From Nitrospirota bacterium (GTDB lineage: Bacteria; Nitrospirota; UBA9217), in assembly GCA_963790205.1 (NCBI GenBank), contig CAWBNQ010000005.1, positions 32,001 to 96,000 of the forward strand: a stretch of DNA of 64,000 nucleotides. The letters are read 5' to 3'. Under the pieces are notes generated by a model. The model did no database searches. It was not told where the DNA came from and saw only the letters and a program-made list of their open reading frames with translations. Below, piece after piece: positions 40,807 to 49,019 of the stretch; positions within the stretch are counted from its first letter, which is position 1, and every line of letters begins with the position of its first letter. Both the position numbers and the translations under genes were made by a program.

Positions 40807-42198
40807 TTAAAAATCCAGCGGGCTCTTCGCCTCTTTGATAGTCCTGCCCGGAATGCAGTGAGTATAGATCATCGTGGTCCGGATGTCCGCATGTCCCAAA
40901 AGCGTCTGGATCGTGCGGAGGTCATAGCCGGCCTGCAGGAGATGCGTGGCATAGGAATGACGGAAGATGTGCGATGTGACGCGCTTGGTGAGCCTCGCCT
41001 TCCTGACCGCTATGAACAGCGCCTCCTGGACGTCTTTCTCGTGTAGATGATATCGCCGGATTTCTTTCGTGTGCGCAAGGGTTGTTAATGTTTCCTGAGG
41101 AAAGAACCACTGCCAGATGAAATCTTTCGCGGCACTCTGATATTTCTTTTCGAGCGAGTCGTCAAGAAACGCGCCGGCATATCCCATGGCAAGGTCTTTA
41201 TCATGAATCGTTTCAACCGTTTTTATCTGCGCGAGCAATTCCGGCATGACCGCTTGGGGGAGGGGAACAGTCCTGCTCTTGCCGCCTTTTCCGCGAATTG
41301 TCAGGATCCCCGCGTCGAAGTTGAAATCCAGCACCCGCAGTTTGACGCCTTCGAAGAGCCGAAGCCCGCAGCCATAAAGCAATTTGACCACCAGTGAATA
41401 ATGATGCGGCAGGTGCATCAAGATCGCATCGATTTCCTTGCGGGAGAGAACGATGGGGATATAGCGCGACCGTTTTGCCCGCGGTATGTCCGTGTGATTG
41501 CCGAAGTCTTGTTTGAGGATATGCCGGTACAGGAACAGCAGGGAGTTGAACGCCAGATTCTGCGTTGACGAGGACACCTTGCATTGAACCGCAAGATAGG
41601 TGAGGTAATCCTTCACGTCCGTTGCCGACAATTCCTTGGGCGCTTTGTCTTTTAGATAGCTCTGGAATTTCCGGCTCCAGTTTGCATAGGCGATCAGTGT
41701 CTTCCGAGAATAGTGCCTCGCCTTGATCTCCCCCTCAAGTTTTTCGACGACCTTATCCCATTCCGGAGACTTCGATTTCTCGCGAAACCGCATCTCATCG
41801 TAGCGCCGACCTGATCGCGGAGGCGTTTTCTTTTGCGTTGCCAACGATTCGGAACTTGCGCTCTTTTCCGCCTTCAAGGGGGAGACAGTGAGGGGGGTGG
41901 GTTTCGACGGTGTCGCCGGCACTTCTCCCTTTGCCGGCTTCCCTGATTGCACCTCAAAAAAGAGCGACAACGCATGCGCGGCCTGATCAAGCTGATCTTG
42001 CGACTGGTTCTTGGACCGCAGCTTTTCGATAAACAGCCGCACCTGATCGGACTTTGAATCCGGCGGCGAATATTTGACGCGGAAATCGAGGTAATATCTG
42101 AGCCATTTTCGGTAGTGAGGACGGAGAGCGGGGGGAATTGGCTTTTGTTCCATGACGGCGTCGAAGGGTTTTAAAATTTCGTTTGGGATGGGGAGCAT
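40807..42198 (-). CDS. intI: Integron integrase with an extended N-terminus
   Basis: Tyrosine recombinase residues (GLRLFE, GKGGKSR, HIFRHSYATH, LLGHAD, MIYTH) plus the integron-specific insertion (WQWFFP...RYHLH); HYSRKT SAM domain; divergent from the cassette array. Confidence 0.93.
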   Translation of the reverse strand: MLPIPNEILKPFDAVMEQKPIPPALRPHYRKWLRYYLDFRVKYSPPDSKSDQVRLFIEKLRSKNQSQDQLDQAAHALSLFFEVQSGKPAKGEVPATPSKPTPLTVSPLKAEKSASSESLATQKKTPPRSGRRYDEMRFREKSKSPEWDKVVEKLEGEIKARHYSRKTLIAYANWSRKFQSYLKDKAPKELSATDVKDYLTYLAVQCKVSSSTQNLAFNSLLFLYRHILKQDFGNHTDIPRAKRSRYIPIVLSRKEIDAILMHLPHHYSLVVKLLYGCGLRLFEGVKLRVLDFNFDAGILTIRGKGGKSRTVPLPQAVMPELLAQIKTVETIHDKDLAMGYAGAFLDDSLEKKYQSAAKDFIWQWFFPQETLTTLAHTKEIRRYHLHEKDVQEALFIAVRKARLTKRVTSHIFRHSYATHLLQAGYDLRTIQTLLGHADIRTTMIYTHCIPGRTIKEAKSPLDF

Positions 42199-42268
42199 TG
42201 GGCCTCCAATCGCATCACAAAATTTTAAATCATCTAAACCGCAATAGCGGAATAGTTGATTTTTAAAA

Positions 42269-42296
42269 AGTATAACGTTTTTTTTGGATTAGTCAA
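42269..42296 (-). promoter_or_regulatory. Pint promoter
   Basis: TTGACT-N16-TATACT on the minus strand upstream of intI. Confidence 0.6.
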
Positions 42297-42316
42297 ATTA
42301 AAATTACCCTAACTCC

Positions 42317-42345
42317 TTGACTTTACAAGAAAGCAATGATACAGT
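42317..42345 (+). promoter_or_regulatory. Pc cassette promoter
   Basis: TTGACT-N17-TACAGT with extended -10 TG, just upstream of attI. Confidence 0.6.
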
Positions 42346-42349
42346 CCCG

Positions 42350-42371
42350 TTCATATAAACATTGGTTATAC
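42350..42371 (+). other. attI site (core GTTATAC at 42365)
   Basis: TATAAAC-attg-GTTATAC; GTTAT is complementary to ATAAC in the R'' box of attC1. Confidence 0.65.
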
Positions 42372-42398
42372 ATACTCCATTTAGGCTAAGAGGATTCT

Positions 42399-43997
42399 GT
42401 GCTCAAAAACTTCAAATTAAGTTTGCCAACGAAAGATAAAGGCAACGTCGAGATCGAAACGTCCAACAGCTTATTGTTTGTCGGAGCAAACGGTTCTGGT
42501 AAAACGCGACTCGGAACCTGGATAGAGTTTCACTCGCCGGGGGCTTTGAAAGTGCATCGTATTTCTGCACAAAAATCACTTTCGATGCCCGACACAACAA
42601 CGCCGACATCAATCGATCTGGCAGAAACAGATCTTCTATTTGGCGAACCAACGCACGGAAGACAAAATAAGCAGGCGTATCGATGGGGTAATAAACCTGC
42701 GTTGTTGTTGCTGAACGATTTTCAAAAGCTAATGGTCTATCTCTTTTCTGACCATACCGAGGAAAGCGCCAAATATCTTGCTCAATCGAAGGCGACAGAT
42801 ATGAGGGTATCTCCGCCAACGACAAAGCTTGATAAAGTGAAAGAGGTATGGGAAAGGATACTTCCCCATCGAGAACTTATTATTGGTGGTTTGCGAATTC
42901 AAACAAGGGTAGCTGGCCAAACGAATATCTATAATGCATCAGAAATGAGTGATGGTGAAAGAGTTGTCTTTTACCTGATAGGCCAATGTTTGGCAGCACC
43001 GCAAGATGGGGTCATAGTAATCGACGAGCCAGAATTACATTTACATAAATCTATTCAAGGCCCACTTTGGTCAGAAATTGAAAAAATGCGGCCTGATTGT
43101 CTTTTTATTTATCTCACGCATGATGTTGATTTTGCGGCAGGGAAGGAAATTACAAAGAAGATTTGGCTAAAATCGTTTGATGGAACTAGTTGGGAGTGGG
43201 AATTAATTAATCCCGACCACGGTCTTCCAGAAGAACTTAACTTGGAAATACTTGGTAGCAGAAAACCGGTCGTTTTTGTTGAAGGCGAAAGCGGAAGTTA
43301 CGACACAGGCCTTTATTCTGCTATTCTTCCCGGTTATCTTGTCATCCCGCGTGGCAGTTACATCCAGGTAATCCAGTCCGTTAAGGCTCTAAAGGCAAAT
43401 CCTCAACTGCACCACTTGAACGTTTATGGAATTATTGATCGCGATAGACGTGTGCCGGCGGAAATATCAGCACTGGAGCAGGATTCAATTTTTGTCCTTG
43501 GTGTTGCAGAGGTTGAGAATCTATTCTGCACACGAGAGGTCCTTCAGATAGTCAGTAACCGTTTAGACCGCGATGTTAATGTTGATTTTCAAAACGTTTC
43601 TGATGCAGTGTTCACGAAAGTGCAATCTGAGCTAGACACTCAAGTATCGCTTCGAGTAGTTGGCGAAATAAAGTTTCAACTCAATATGATAGACGAGAAG
43701 GCTAAAGGAGTAGCGGCGCTGACTACCGCACTACAGTCTCTGACGAGCGGAATAGATGTAGCTCGCATCTATTCTAGCACGCTAGCCGACTTCAATAATG
43801 TGATTTCAAAGAAAGACTATGACGCACTACTGGCGCTTTATAATCGCAAATCGCTCTCAGCCCAGGTGAGCAGTGTTCTTGGTTTGGCTAATGGTGGTCT
43901 GCCTGAATTTGTAGTTCGCCTCGCTAAAGGTACTTCTCGCATAGATATTATTAACTCGATGAAGAAATATTTTGGAAATTTCGCTCCTTATATGTAA
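42399..43997 (+). CDS. Cassette 1: ABC-type ATPase fused to a TOPRIM/DUF4435-like domain (fused PARIS/OLD-like defence candidate)
   Basis: Walker A GANGSGKT, signature MSDGE, Walker B VIDEPELH, LTHD; C-terminal FVEG..D, GIIDRD, EVENL; low GC. Confidence 0.8.
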   Translation: MLKNFKLSLPTKDKGNVEIETSNSLLFVGANGSGKTRLGTWIEFHSPGALKVHRISAQKSLSMPDTTTPTSIDLAETDLLFGEPTHGRQNKQAYRWGNKPALLLLNDFQKLMVYLFSDHTEESAKYLAQSKATDMRVSPPTTKLDKVKEVWERILPHRELIIGGLRIQTRVAGQTNIYNASEMSDGERVVFYLIGQCLAAPQDGVIVIDEPELHLHKSIQGPLWSEIEKMRPDCLFIYLTHDVDFAAGKEITKKIWLKSFDGTSWEWELINPDHGLPEELNLEILGSRKPVVFVEGESGSYDTGLYSAILPGYLVIPRGSYIQVIQSVKALKANPQLHHLNVYGIIDRDRRVPAEISALEQDSIFVLGVAEVENLFCTREVLQIVSNRLDRDVNVDFQNVSDAVFTKVQSELDTQVSLRVVGEIKFQLNMIDEKAKGVAALTTALQSLTSGIDVARIYSSTLADFNNVISKKDYDALLALYNRKSLSAQVSSVLGLANGGLPEFVVRLAKGTSRIDIINSMKKYFGNFAPYM

Positions 43998-44054
43998 TAA
44001 CCAGCGGGTCGAGTCCGACGCGCAAAAGGCGCGCGTCTCACCCGCGCGTTGGTC
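43995..44054 (+). other. attC site 1 (60 bp)
   Basis: TAATAAC...GCGGGTCGAG..GACGCGC-AAAAGGC-GCGCGTC-TCACCCGC...GTTGGTC. Confidence 0.85.
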
Positions 44055-44066
44055 CATGGAGGAAAC

Positions 44067-44285
44067 ATGGAGAAAAATGAGTTGGAGAAAATGATGGTTC
44101 TATTCACTGACGGTAGCGGCTTTGGAGATCCAGAGGCCCGGCGGAATGCTGAGCTACGCCTTCAGGTCTTACTTGCTCAACAACAAGGCAAAACTGCAAG
44201 CCGACTCAACCTACTAACTTTTTTGCTGGTGATTGTTGGGTTGCTTAATGCTGTAATACTTGCAGTTCAAGTCTGGGGCAAGTGA
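44067..44285 (+). CDS. Cassette 2 ORF a: small protein with a C-terminal TM helix
   Basis: GGAGG RBS, ATG 44067, 72 aa. Confidence 0.65.
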   Translation: MEKNELEKMMVLFTDGSGFGDPEARRNAELRLQVLLAQQQGKTASRLNLLTFLLVIVGLLNAVILAVQVWGK

Positions 44286-44306
44286 TATGGCACGGGAGAA
44301 ATAAAG

Positions 44307-44753
44307 ATGGATAGCTCAATTCTTGTCGCAGTTATAACCGCATCAGGCAGTGTACTTCTAGCCGCATTGACTTTTTATCTTACCAAAAAACATCAACTCA
44401 AAGTCGAGTGGCAGAAAGAGAAGCTCAATCATTATAAAGTAATGCTATCATCACTTTCCGATCTAGCGGTTGATGGAACGGACAAGAAAGATGCGAACAT
44501 GCGTTTTTCTCTAGCTGTTAACACTATAGCGCTGGTTGCCCCGCAATACGTCATAGCTGCATTAATGGCATTTCACGACGAGGTTAAATTCACAAATCCA
44601 AATAAATCACCTGAAAAACATGACGAACTATTAAATCTACTTCTTCTCGCCATCAGAAAAGATATTGGGTTGTCAGAAAAGGATGATCCTGCATCATTTT
44701 CATTTCACCTGATAGGAGCTGTACCCACCAAACCGCTTCATCGGTCACGGTGA
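44307..44753 (+). CDS. Cassette 2 ORF b: hypothetical protein with an N-terminal TM helix
   Basis: GGAG RBS; 148 aa; low GC. Confidence 0.7.
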   Translation: MDSSILVAVITASGSVLLAALTFYLTKKHQLKVEWQKEKLNHYKVMLSSLSDLAVDGTDKKDANMRFSLAVNTIALVAPQYVIAALMAFHDEVKFTNPNKSPEKHDELLNLLLLAIRKDIGLSEKDDPASFSFHLIGAVPTKPLHRSR

Positions 44754-44802
44754 AAAATGATTCTCATTCGTAATGCAACCGCGACAGTCCAAAATGAGCG
44801 AG

Positions 44803-44862
44803 TTCCAACCTGGGGGTCCACAGCGTCGCGCCCGAAATCGGCGCGTGACCCCCGTGTTAATC
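44803..44862 (+). other. attC site 2 (60 bp)
   Basis: TTCCAAC...GGGGGTCCAC..CGCGCC..GGCGCG TGACCCCC...GTTAATC; CCAAC complements GTTGG at the cassette start. Confidence 0.85.
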
Positions 44863-44878
44863 CTGAAAAGAGGTAGTC

Positions 44879-45769
44879 GTGATTTTTACGAAGATAGCGA
44901 AATATATACTAGTCATTTTATTAATAAGCGCCTTCTATCCGATTGCCATATTTTCTGCGGAGACCAAAGTTAAAGAAGTGATATTAATTGCGGGTAAGTG
45001 GGGCAATAACGACGGCGAATTTGGTAAGGAATCGTTAGGCAAAACAGAGGTCGGATACTCGTTAGATTTTGCCCTTTACAGAGGCGAGATTTATATCTTC
45101 GACACGATGAATAATCGGATTCAAGTATTCGACTTGAACGGCAATTTTGTTAGGAAGATTCCGCTCGCTTTTGATTGGATCAAAGAAGGGATGACCTGGC
45201 GGTTCGCTATCTTAAATAAAAACTTCTTTGCATTGGTGGCTCCCGCTCCTCATTACTCTGTCCTAAATGATCAAATTTATGAAATATCTCCATCGGGCAA
45301 GATTTTAAAGAAATTTGGCATCAAACAGCTTAATTTGCAGTCAGAAGAATATTTTTCAAATATATCGAGCGATGAGGCGGACGGTTTCATTAAATGCACG
45401 ATAGCCTCCTCGGACATGGCTGCTCTTTACGACGTCAATGGTAATTTTATTAAATATGATAAGAAAACAAGTGACGATCGTTTCGCTTGGCATGACAAAG
45501 AAGGGACTCAATATAGGATCAAATCAAATAATTCTCACAAGAAATACTTTGGAATAGAAACAACTGTTCAAATCGAAAATCCAAAGAATGGCATAAAAAT
45601 AAATCATTCAATTCATGGTGATGTAAAAGTCGAGAAGAATAATAAAACGACCTTCATTAAGTATCTCGGTAATTATTATGAAAAGTTTTCGGTCGACTCA
45701 GATGGCGCTATTTATCATTTTATCGCTGTCGACGATGGCGTCATTTTGCGTCGCTTAATTTGGAAATGA
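44879..45769 (+). CDS. Cassette 3: secreted protein with an NHL/beta-propeller-like repeat
   Basis: Signal peptide; WGNNDGEFG, IYIFDTMNNRIQVFDLNGNF; AGAGG RBS. Confidence 0.7.
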   Translation: MIFTKIAKYILVILLISAFYPIAIFSAETKVKEVILIAGKWGNNDGEFGKESLGKTEVGYSLDFALYRGEIYIFDTMNNRIQVFDLNGNFVRKIPLAFDWIKEGMTWRFAILNKNFFALVAPAPHYSVLNDQIYEISPSGKILKKFGIKQLNLQSEEYFSNISSDEADGFIKCTIASSDMAALYDVNGNFIKYDKKTSDDRFAWHDKEGTQYRIKSNNSHKKYFGIETTVQIENPKNGIKINHSIHGDVKVEKNNKTTFIKYLGNYYEKFSVDSDGAIYHFIAVDDGVILRRLIWK

Positions 45770-45781
45770 TCATGAGTATAT

Positions 45782-45841
45782 TTTTAACATCGCGGTCCAC
45801 AGCGACGCGCCAAAAGGCGGCGCGTGACCGCGGCGTTAAAA
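45782..45841 (+). other. attC site 3 (60 bp)
   Basis: TTTTAAC..CGCGGTCCACAGCGACGCGCC...GGCGCGTGACCGCG..GTTAAAA; core nearly identical to attC2. Confidence 0.88.
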
Positions 45842-45859
45842 TCTAACCAATCGGAGGCT

Positions 45860-46075
45860 GTGATGATTAACCAAGCACAGCAGACCAATAAAATATATGC
45901 GAGAATGAGCTTGTTCGGTCTAATCGGATTCATAATATTCTTTTGTGGATATTGGATAGTAGCACCTACCCATATAGTAGCTAAACCCCTATGCCGGTCC
46001 TCCACAATTAATGACTTGTCTTCTTCTTGGCTGTATAGGTCTTGTACTTGGCGCATTGGCAAGTTTGGTTCGTAG
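45860..46075 (+). CDS. Cassette 4 first ORF: short, possibly decayed membrane protein
   Basis: GGAGG RBS after attC3, one TM-like segment, then low-information sequence. Confidence 0.35.
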   Translation: MMINQAQQTNKIYARMSLFGLIGFIIFFCGYWIVAPTHIVAKPLCRSSTINDLSSSWLYRSCTWRIGKFGS

Positions 46076-46130
46076 AAAGCAATAATTTATCAAGTAACTT
46101 CCTTTCCGCGTTGCCCTCGGATAATTCAAT

Positions 46131-46167
46131 TTGACAAAGCATTATTTAATATTTACAATGTAAATAT
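46131..46167 (+). promoter_or_regulatory. Toxin-antitoxin promoter with operator palindrome
   Basis: TTGACA-N17-TACAAT, 6 nt before ATG; perfect IR ATATTTACA-A-TGTAAATAT (46149-46167). Confidence 0.75.
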
Positions 46168-46450
46168 GAAATTAACCTTCGATTGGGACAAGGAAAAGAG
46201 CGCATCAAACCGAAAGAAGCATGGCATTTCTTTCGATGAGGCGCAGACGGTATTTCTTGATGAGAATGCATTGATGATACACGATCCGGACCATTCCGCA
46301 GACGAGGACCGTTTTATCATCCTGGGATTAAGCGTCAAGTTCAGAGTTTTGGTTGTTTGTCACTGCTATCGAAAAAGCAATGAGGTTATAAGAATCATAT
46401 CCGCTCGAAAAGCAACGCGTACAGAACAGAAACGATATTGGGGAAGGTGA
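46166..46450 (+). CDS. brnT: BrnT family toxin
   Basis: FDWDKEK..SNRKKHGISFDEA..VF, EDRFIILG, IRIISARKAT. Confidence 0.9.
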   Translation: MKLTFDWDKEKSASNRKKHGISFDEAQTVFLDENALMIHDPDHSADEDRFIILGLSVKFRVLVVCHCYRKSNEVIRIISARKATRTEQKRYWGR

Positions 46451-46455
46451 TCAAA

Positions 46456-46671
46456 ATGAGAAAAGAATACGATTTTTCAAAAGCACAAAAGAATCCTTAT
46501 GCACGCCGACTGAAGAGACAAGTCACCCTCCGGATGGATGAAGGCACAATAAGCTATTTCAAAACTCTGGCACAAGAGATCGGCGTTCCCTATCAAACGT
46601 TGATAAATCTTTACCTCCGAGATTGTGCAGCCTCGCACAAGAAGCTGGCGCTTCACTGGAAAACCGCATAA
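46456..46671 (+). CDS. brnA: BrnA family antitoxin
   Basis: MRKEYDFS..KNPY, VTLRMD, YQTLINLYLR (ribbon-helix-helix). Confidence 0.88.
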   Translation: MRKEYDFSKAQKNPYARRLKRQVTLRMDEGTISYFKTLAQEIGVPYQTLINLYLRDCAASHKKLALHWKTA

Positions 46672-46674
46672 AGA

Positions 46675-46726
46675 TTTTAACGAATCATTCGAGCCGCCCC
46701 GAGAGCGGCTCGATTCGTCGTTATAC
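46675..46726 (+). other. attC site 4 (52 bp, short)
   Basis: TTTTAAC GAATC..CGAGCCGC-N7-GCGGCTCG ATTC..GTTATAC; AGATTTTAAC is the exact 10-nt complement of GTTAAAATCT at the cassette start (45835). Confidence 0.8.
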
Positions 46727-46738
46727 TCAGGAGGTTCT

Positions 46739-47674
46739 ATGCATACGCGGCGACGCTTTTTCCCAGGGCTTATTGCTGCTGCCCTGTTGCTTTCCCTCTG
46801 CGCTCCCGGCTATTCCGGAGGATATTACAAATGGACGGATGAGGACGGGAACCTTCATATCTCGGACTCGCTGGGAGACGTTCCCGAGAAGTATCGGAGT
46901 CAGATCGAGCACAAAACGTATGAAAACGAATCACCTTCATCAGCCGAGCAATCTGGTGGCGCCCCTTCTTCGCGAGATCAGCGGGCCGCTGAAAAAGGGG
47001 AGGAAAAGCAGCCGCTGAGATACGTGGTCCCGTACGTGCCTTATGAGAGGTCGGCAAAGCGCGTTATTATTAAGGTCGTATTCAATGGTTCCGTGACCGC
47101 CCCGATGGCGATCGACACAGGTGCGCCGGGCACGGTCATATCCTCCTCCCTTGCAAAAAAACTCGGGCTGTTCGATGAAGGGCAGGGAAGACTGCTCATT
47201 ACGACGGGCGGGATCGGCGGTTCGGCCCCGGCGGTGCGGTCGATCATCGATACGATCCAGGCCGGAGGGGCGAAAATCGAGTTCGTCCCGGTCACGATCA
47301 TCGCCCGGATCTCCGATGCATTTGACGGGCTCCTGGGCTTGGATTTTGTTTCGAATTACTCCGTGACGATCGATTCAAAACGGAAGATGGTAGTATTTGA
47401 AGAGCTTCCCCGGGACCCGGACCATCCCGGCGGTCATGATCGGGAGTGGTGGGCCTCCCTGTTCAGGGAGTTTGCCGCCTCGCGCGCCACCTGGAAGGCC
47501 TACAGCGAGGCCCTCGATCAGAAGATCCGGGATTCCATGCGCTCCATCGAGAACGAGGACACGGCCAGGAAGGCCTTCGCCGAGGATCAATACCGGGAGT
47601 CCGAAAAACTTTTTGACAAGCTTGACCGATATGCACGGGAGAACTCCGTCCCGATGTCCTGGAAGCAGTATTGA
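46739..47674 (+). CDS. Secreted DUF4124-like + retropepsin-type aspartyl protease
   Basis: Signal peptide, YKWTDEDGNLHISD, IDTGA, GLLGLDF; AGGAGG RBS. Confidence 0.82.
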   Translation: MHTRRRFFPGLIAAALLLSLCAPGYSGGYYKWTDEDGNLHISDSLGDVPEKYRSQIEHKTYENESPSSAEQSGGAPSSRDQRAAEKGEEKQPLRYVVPYVPYERSAKRVIIKVVFNGSVTAPMAIDTGAPGTVISSSLAKKLGLFDEGQGRLLITTGGIGGSAPAVRSIIDTIQAGGAKIEFVPVTIIARISDAFDGLLGLDFVSNYSVTIDSKRKMVVFEELPRDPDHPGGHDREWWASLFREFAASRATWKAYSEALDQKIRDSMRSIENEDTARKAFAEDQYRESEKLFDKLDRYARENSVPMSWKQY

Positions 47675-47759
47675 ACATGCGTTTTGATCATGTCAAAAGA
47701 ACGGTTTGATGTTTACGCGGGTAGCCTGCCGTCAAGCAGCCGTGCCCAACCGCTTCTGT

Positions 47760-48554
47760 TCACGCCTGTTTCTTGTTCACGTGCTCATGATTGAAGATAT
47801 GCTCCATGCAGTACCCCAGTCCGCCGCAGTCGGAGCAGTAGCGGAACTCCATTTGAGGATGCGAGATGTCCGTTTTGCCGCAGGTCGCGCAGGTGTGAAA
47901 CGCTTCCCGTTTGCCCGAGAACTGCCGGGCCTGCTCCGCCATGCGCCGCTTCCCGGTCTTCATCCTCCAGGAGATGTCCTTGCCGAAGAAGAGGAGGAAG
48001 TTGCTGATCGAGGCGAGCACGAGCAGGCGCGTGCTGCCGGGGCCGAAGATAAGCTCATAAGCGTAGCCGATCCAGGTCAGGAGCGCCAGCCACTTGATCT
48101 TCACCGGGAGTATGAAGAAGATATAGAGCTGGAAATCGGGGTAGAGGAACGCGAAGGCCAGGAACACCGAGCCTCCGATAAAGAGGTTCGTCGCGGCGAT
48201 AGTAGGGGAAGAGAAACGACACGGCCACGGTGACGACATACCCGACCAGGAGGTACAGACGTTGTACCGGAACGCGCCCCAATGGCCTTCCAGGGCGCTC
48301 CCCATGAGATAGAACATGTACCACGCGAAAAGAATGAAGATCGGGCTCGTGACCGGCGGTATGAACAGGAACGTGATGAGCCGCCACCATTCGCCCGCCA
48401 GCACGAGAGCGGGAATGAGCACCACGCGGTCGAGCATGAACCTGCCCGACATCTCGAACACGAAAAAGAGCACCTGCCCCAGGATGAGATAGAGCGTGAC
48501 ATTCGGTATCGCGTAGCGGCGTAACTTTCTTTCCAGCCGGTCAAGCAGGCCCAT
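47760..48554 (-). CDS. Rhomboid/Der1-like membrane protein with a C-terminal Cys/His zinc finger; compensating frameshifts at ~48200-48260
   Basis: GEWWRLITFLF, FILPVKIKWL, CATC...CSDC..YC..H..H; the hydrophobic segment LYLLVGYVVTVAVSFLFP lies in another frame. Confidence 0.7.
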   Translation of the reverse strand: MGLLDRLERKLRRYAIPNVTLYLILGQVLFFVFEMSGRFMLDRVVLIPALVLAGEWWRLITFLFIPPVTSPIFILFAWYMFYLMGSALEGHWGAFRYNVCTSWSGMSSPWPCRFSSPTIAATNLFIGGSVFLAFAFLYPDFQLYIFFILPVKIKWLALLTWIGYAYELIFGPGSTRLLVLASISNFLLFFGKDISWRMKTGKRRMAEQARQFSGKREAFHTCATCGKTDISHPQMEFRYCSDCGGLGYCMEHIFNHEHVNKKQA

Positions 48555-48587
48555 GATTCATACTCCCTCTGATTGATATATTTCTTG

Positions 48588-49012
48588 GCCACAAAAGGCA
48601 CATAATTCACAAAATGAGCTTCTTAATTTCTATCTTTGGAGAACCAAAATTAATCAGCAGAGCATGGCGCTGATTCGACGCCCTCAGATATCCCAGAACC
48701 TGGGCCGTATGCTCTGCAGCAAGCGCTTTGCAAGCCTTGAGTTCAATGATCAGACAGCCCTCGAAAAATAAGTCGGCGTAGTAATCTCCAAGAACCGTTC
48801 CGTCTTCGTCCATCACCTTGAGAGGATGTTGTTGCTCAACACGAAATCCTGACTTTTGCAGCCTATGAGCCAGTCCATTCTCATATATTTTTTCCAGGTG
48901 CCCATGACGAAGATAGGCATGCAGGTCAAAGGCAACTTGCCTGATCTGATCGCAAAACTCTAAGATGTCTTTTTCATTTTTCAATTTTTGTGCTCTCTGT
49001 GCCTTATGTGGC
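48588..49012. mobile_element. Inverted-tandem-repeat element (9-nt period) carrying a GxxExxY gene
   Basis: GCCACAAAA GGCACATAA TTCACAAAA ... TTTTGTGCT CTCTGTGCC TTATGTGGC. Confidence 0.8.
48607..48984 (-). CDS. GxxExxY family PD-(D/E)XK nuclease-like protein
   Basis: GHLEKIY motif, ADLFF..IELKA, HTAQVLGYL, LLINFG; TTG start 1 nt inside the right arm, TGA within the left arm. Confidence 0.9.
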   Translation of the reverse strand: MKNEKDILEFCDQIRQVAFDLHAYLRHGHLEKIYENGLAHRLQKSGFRVEQQHPLKVMDEDGTVLGDYYADLFFEGCLIIELKACKALAAEHTAQVLGYLRASNQRHALLINFGSPKIEIKKLIL

Positions 49013-49019
49013 CATAATT

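Noticed and set aside
43995..46726. Recurring ~60-bp palindromes as a CRISPR array
   Set aside because: They are separated by whole genes, are non-identical and have AAC/GTT ends, so they are attC sites. No cas genes or regular repeat-spacer array seen in the window.
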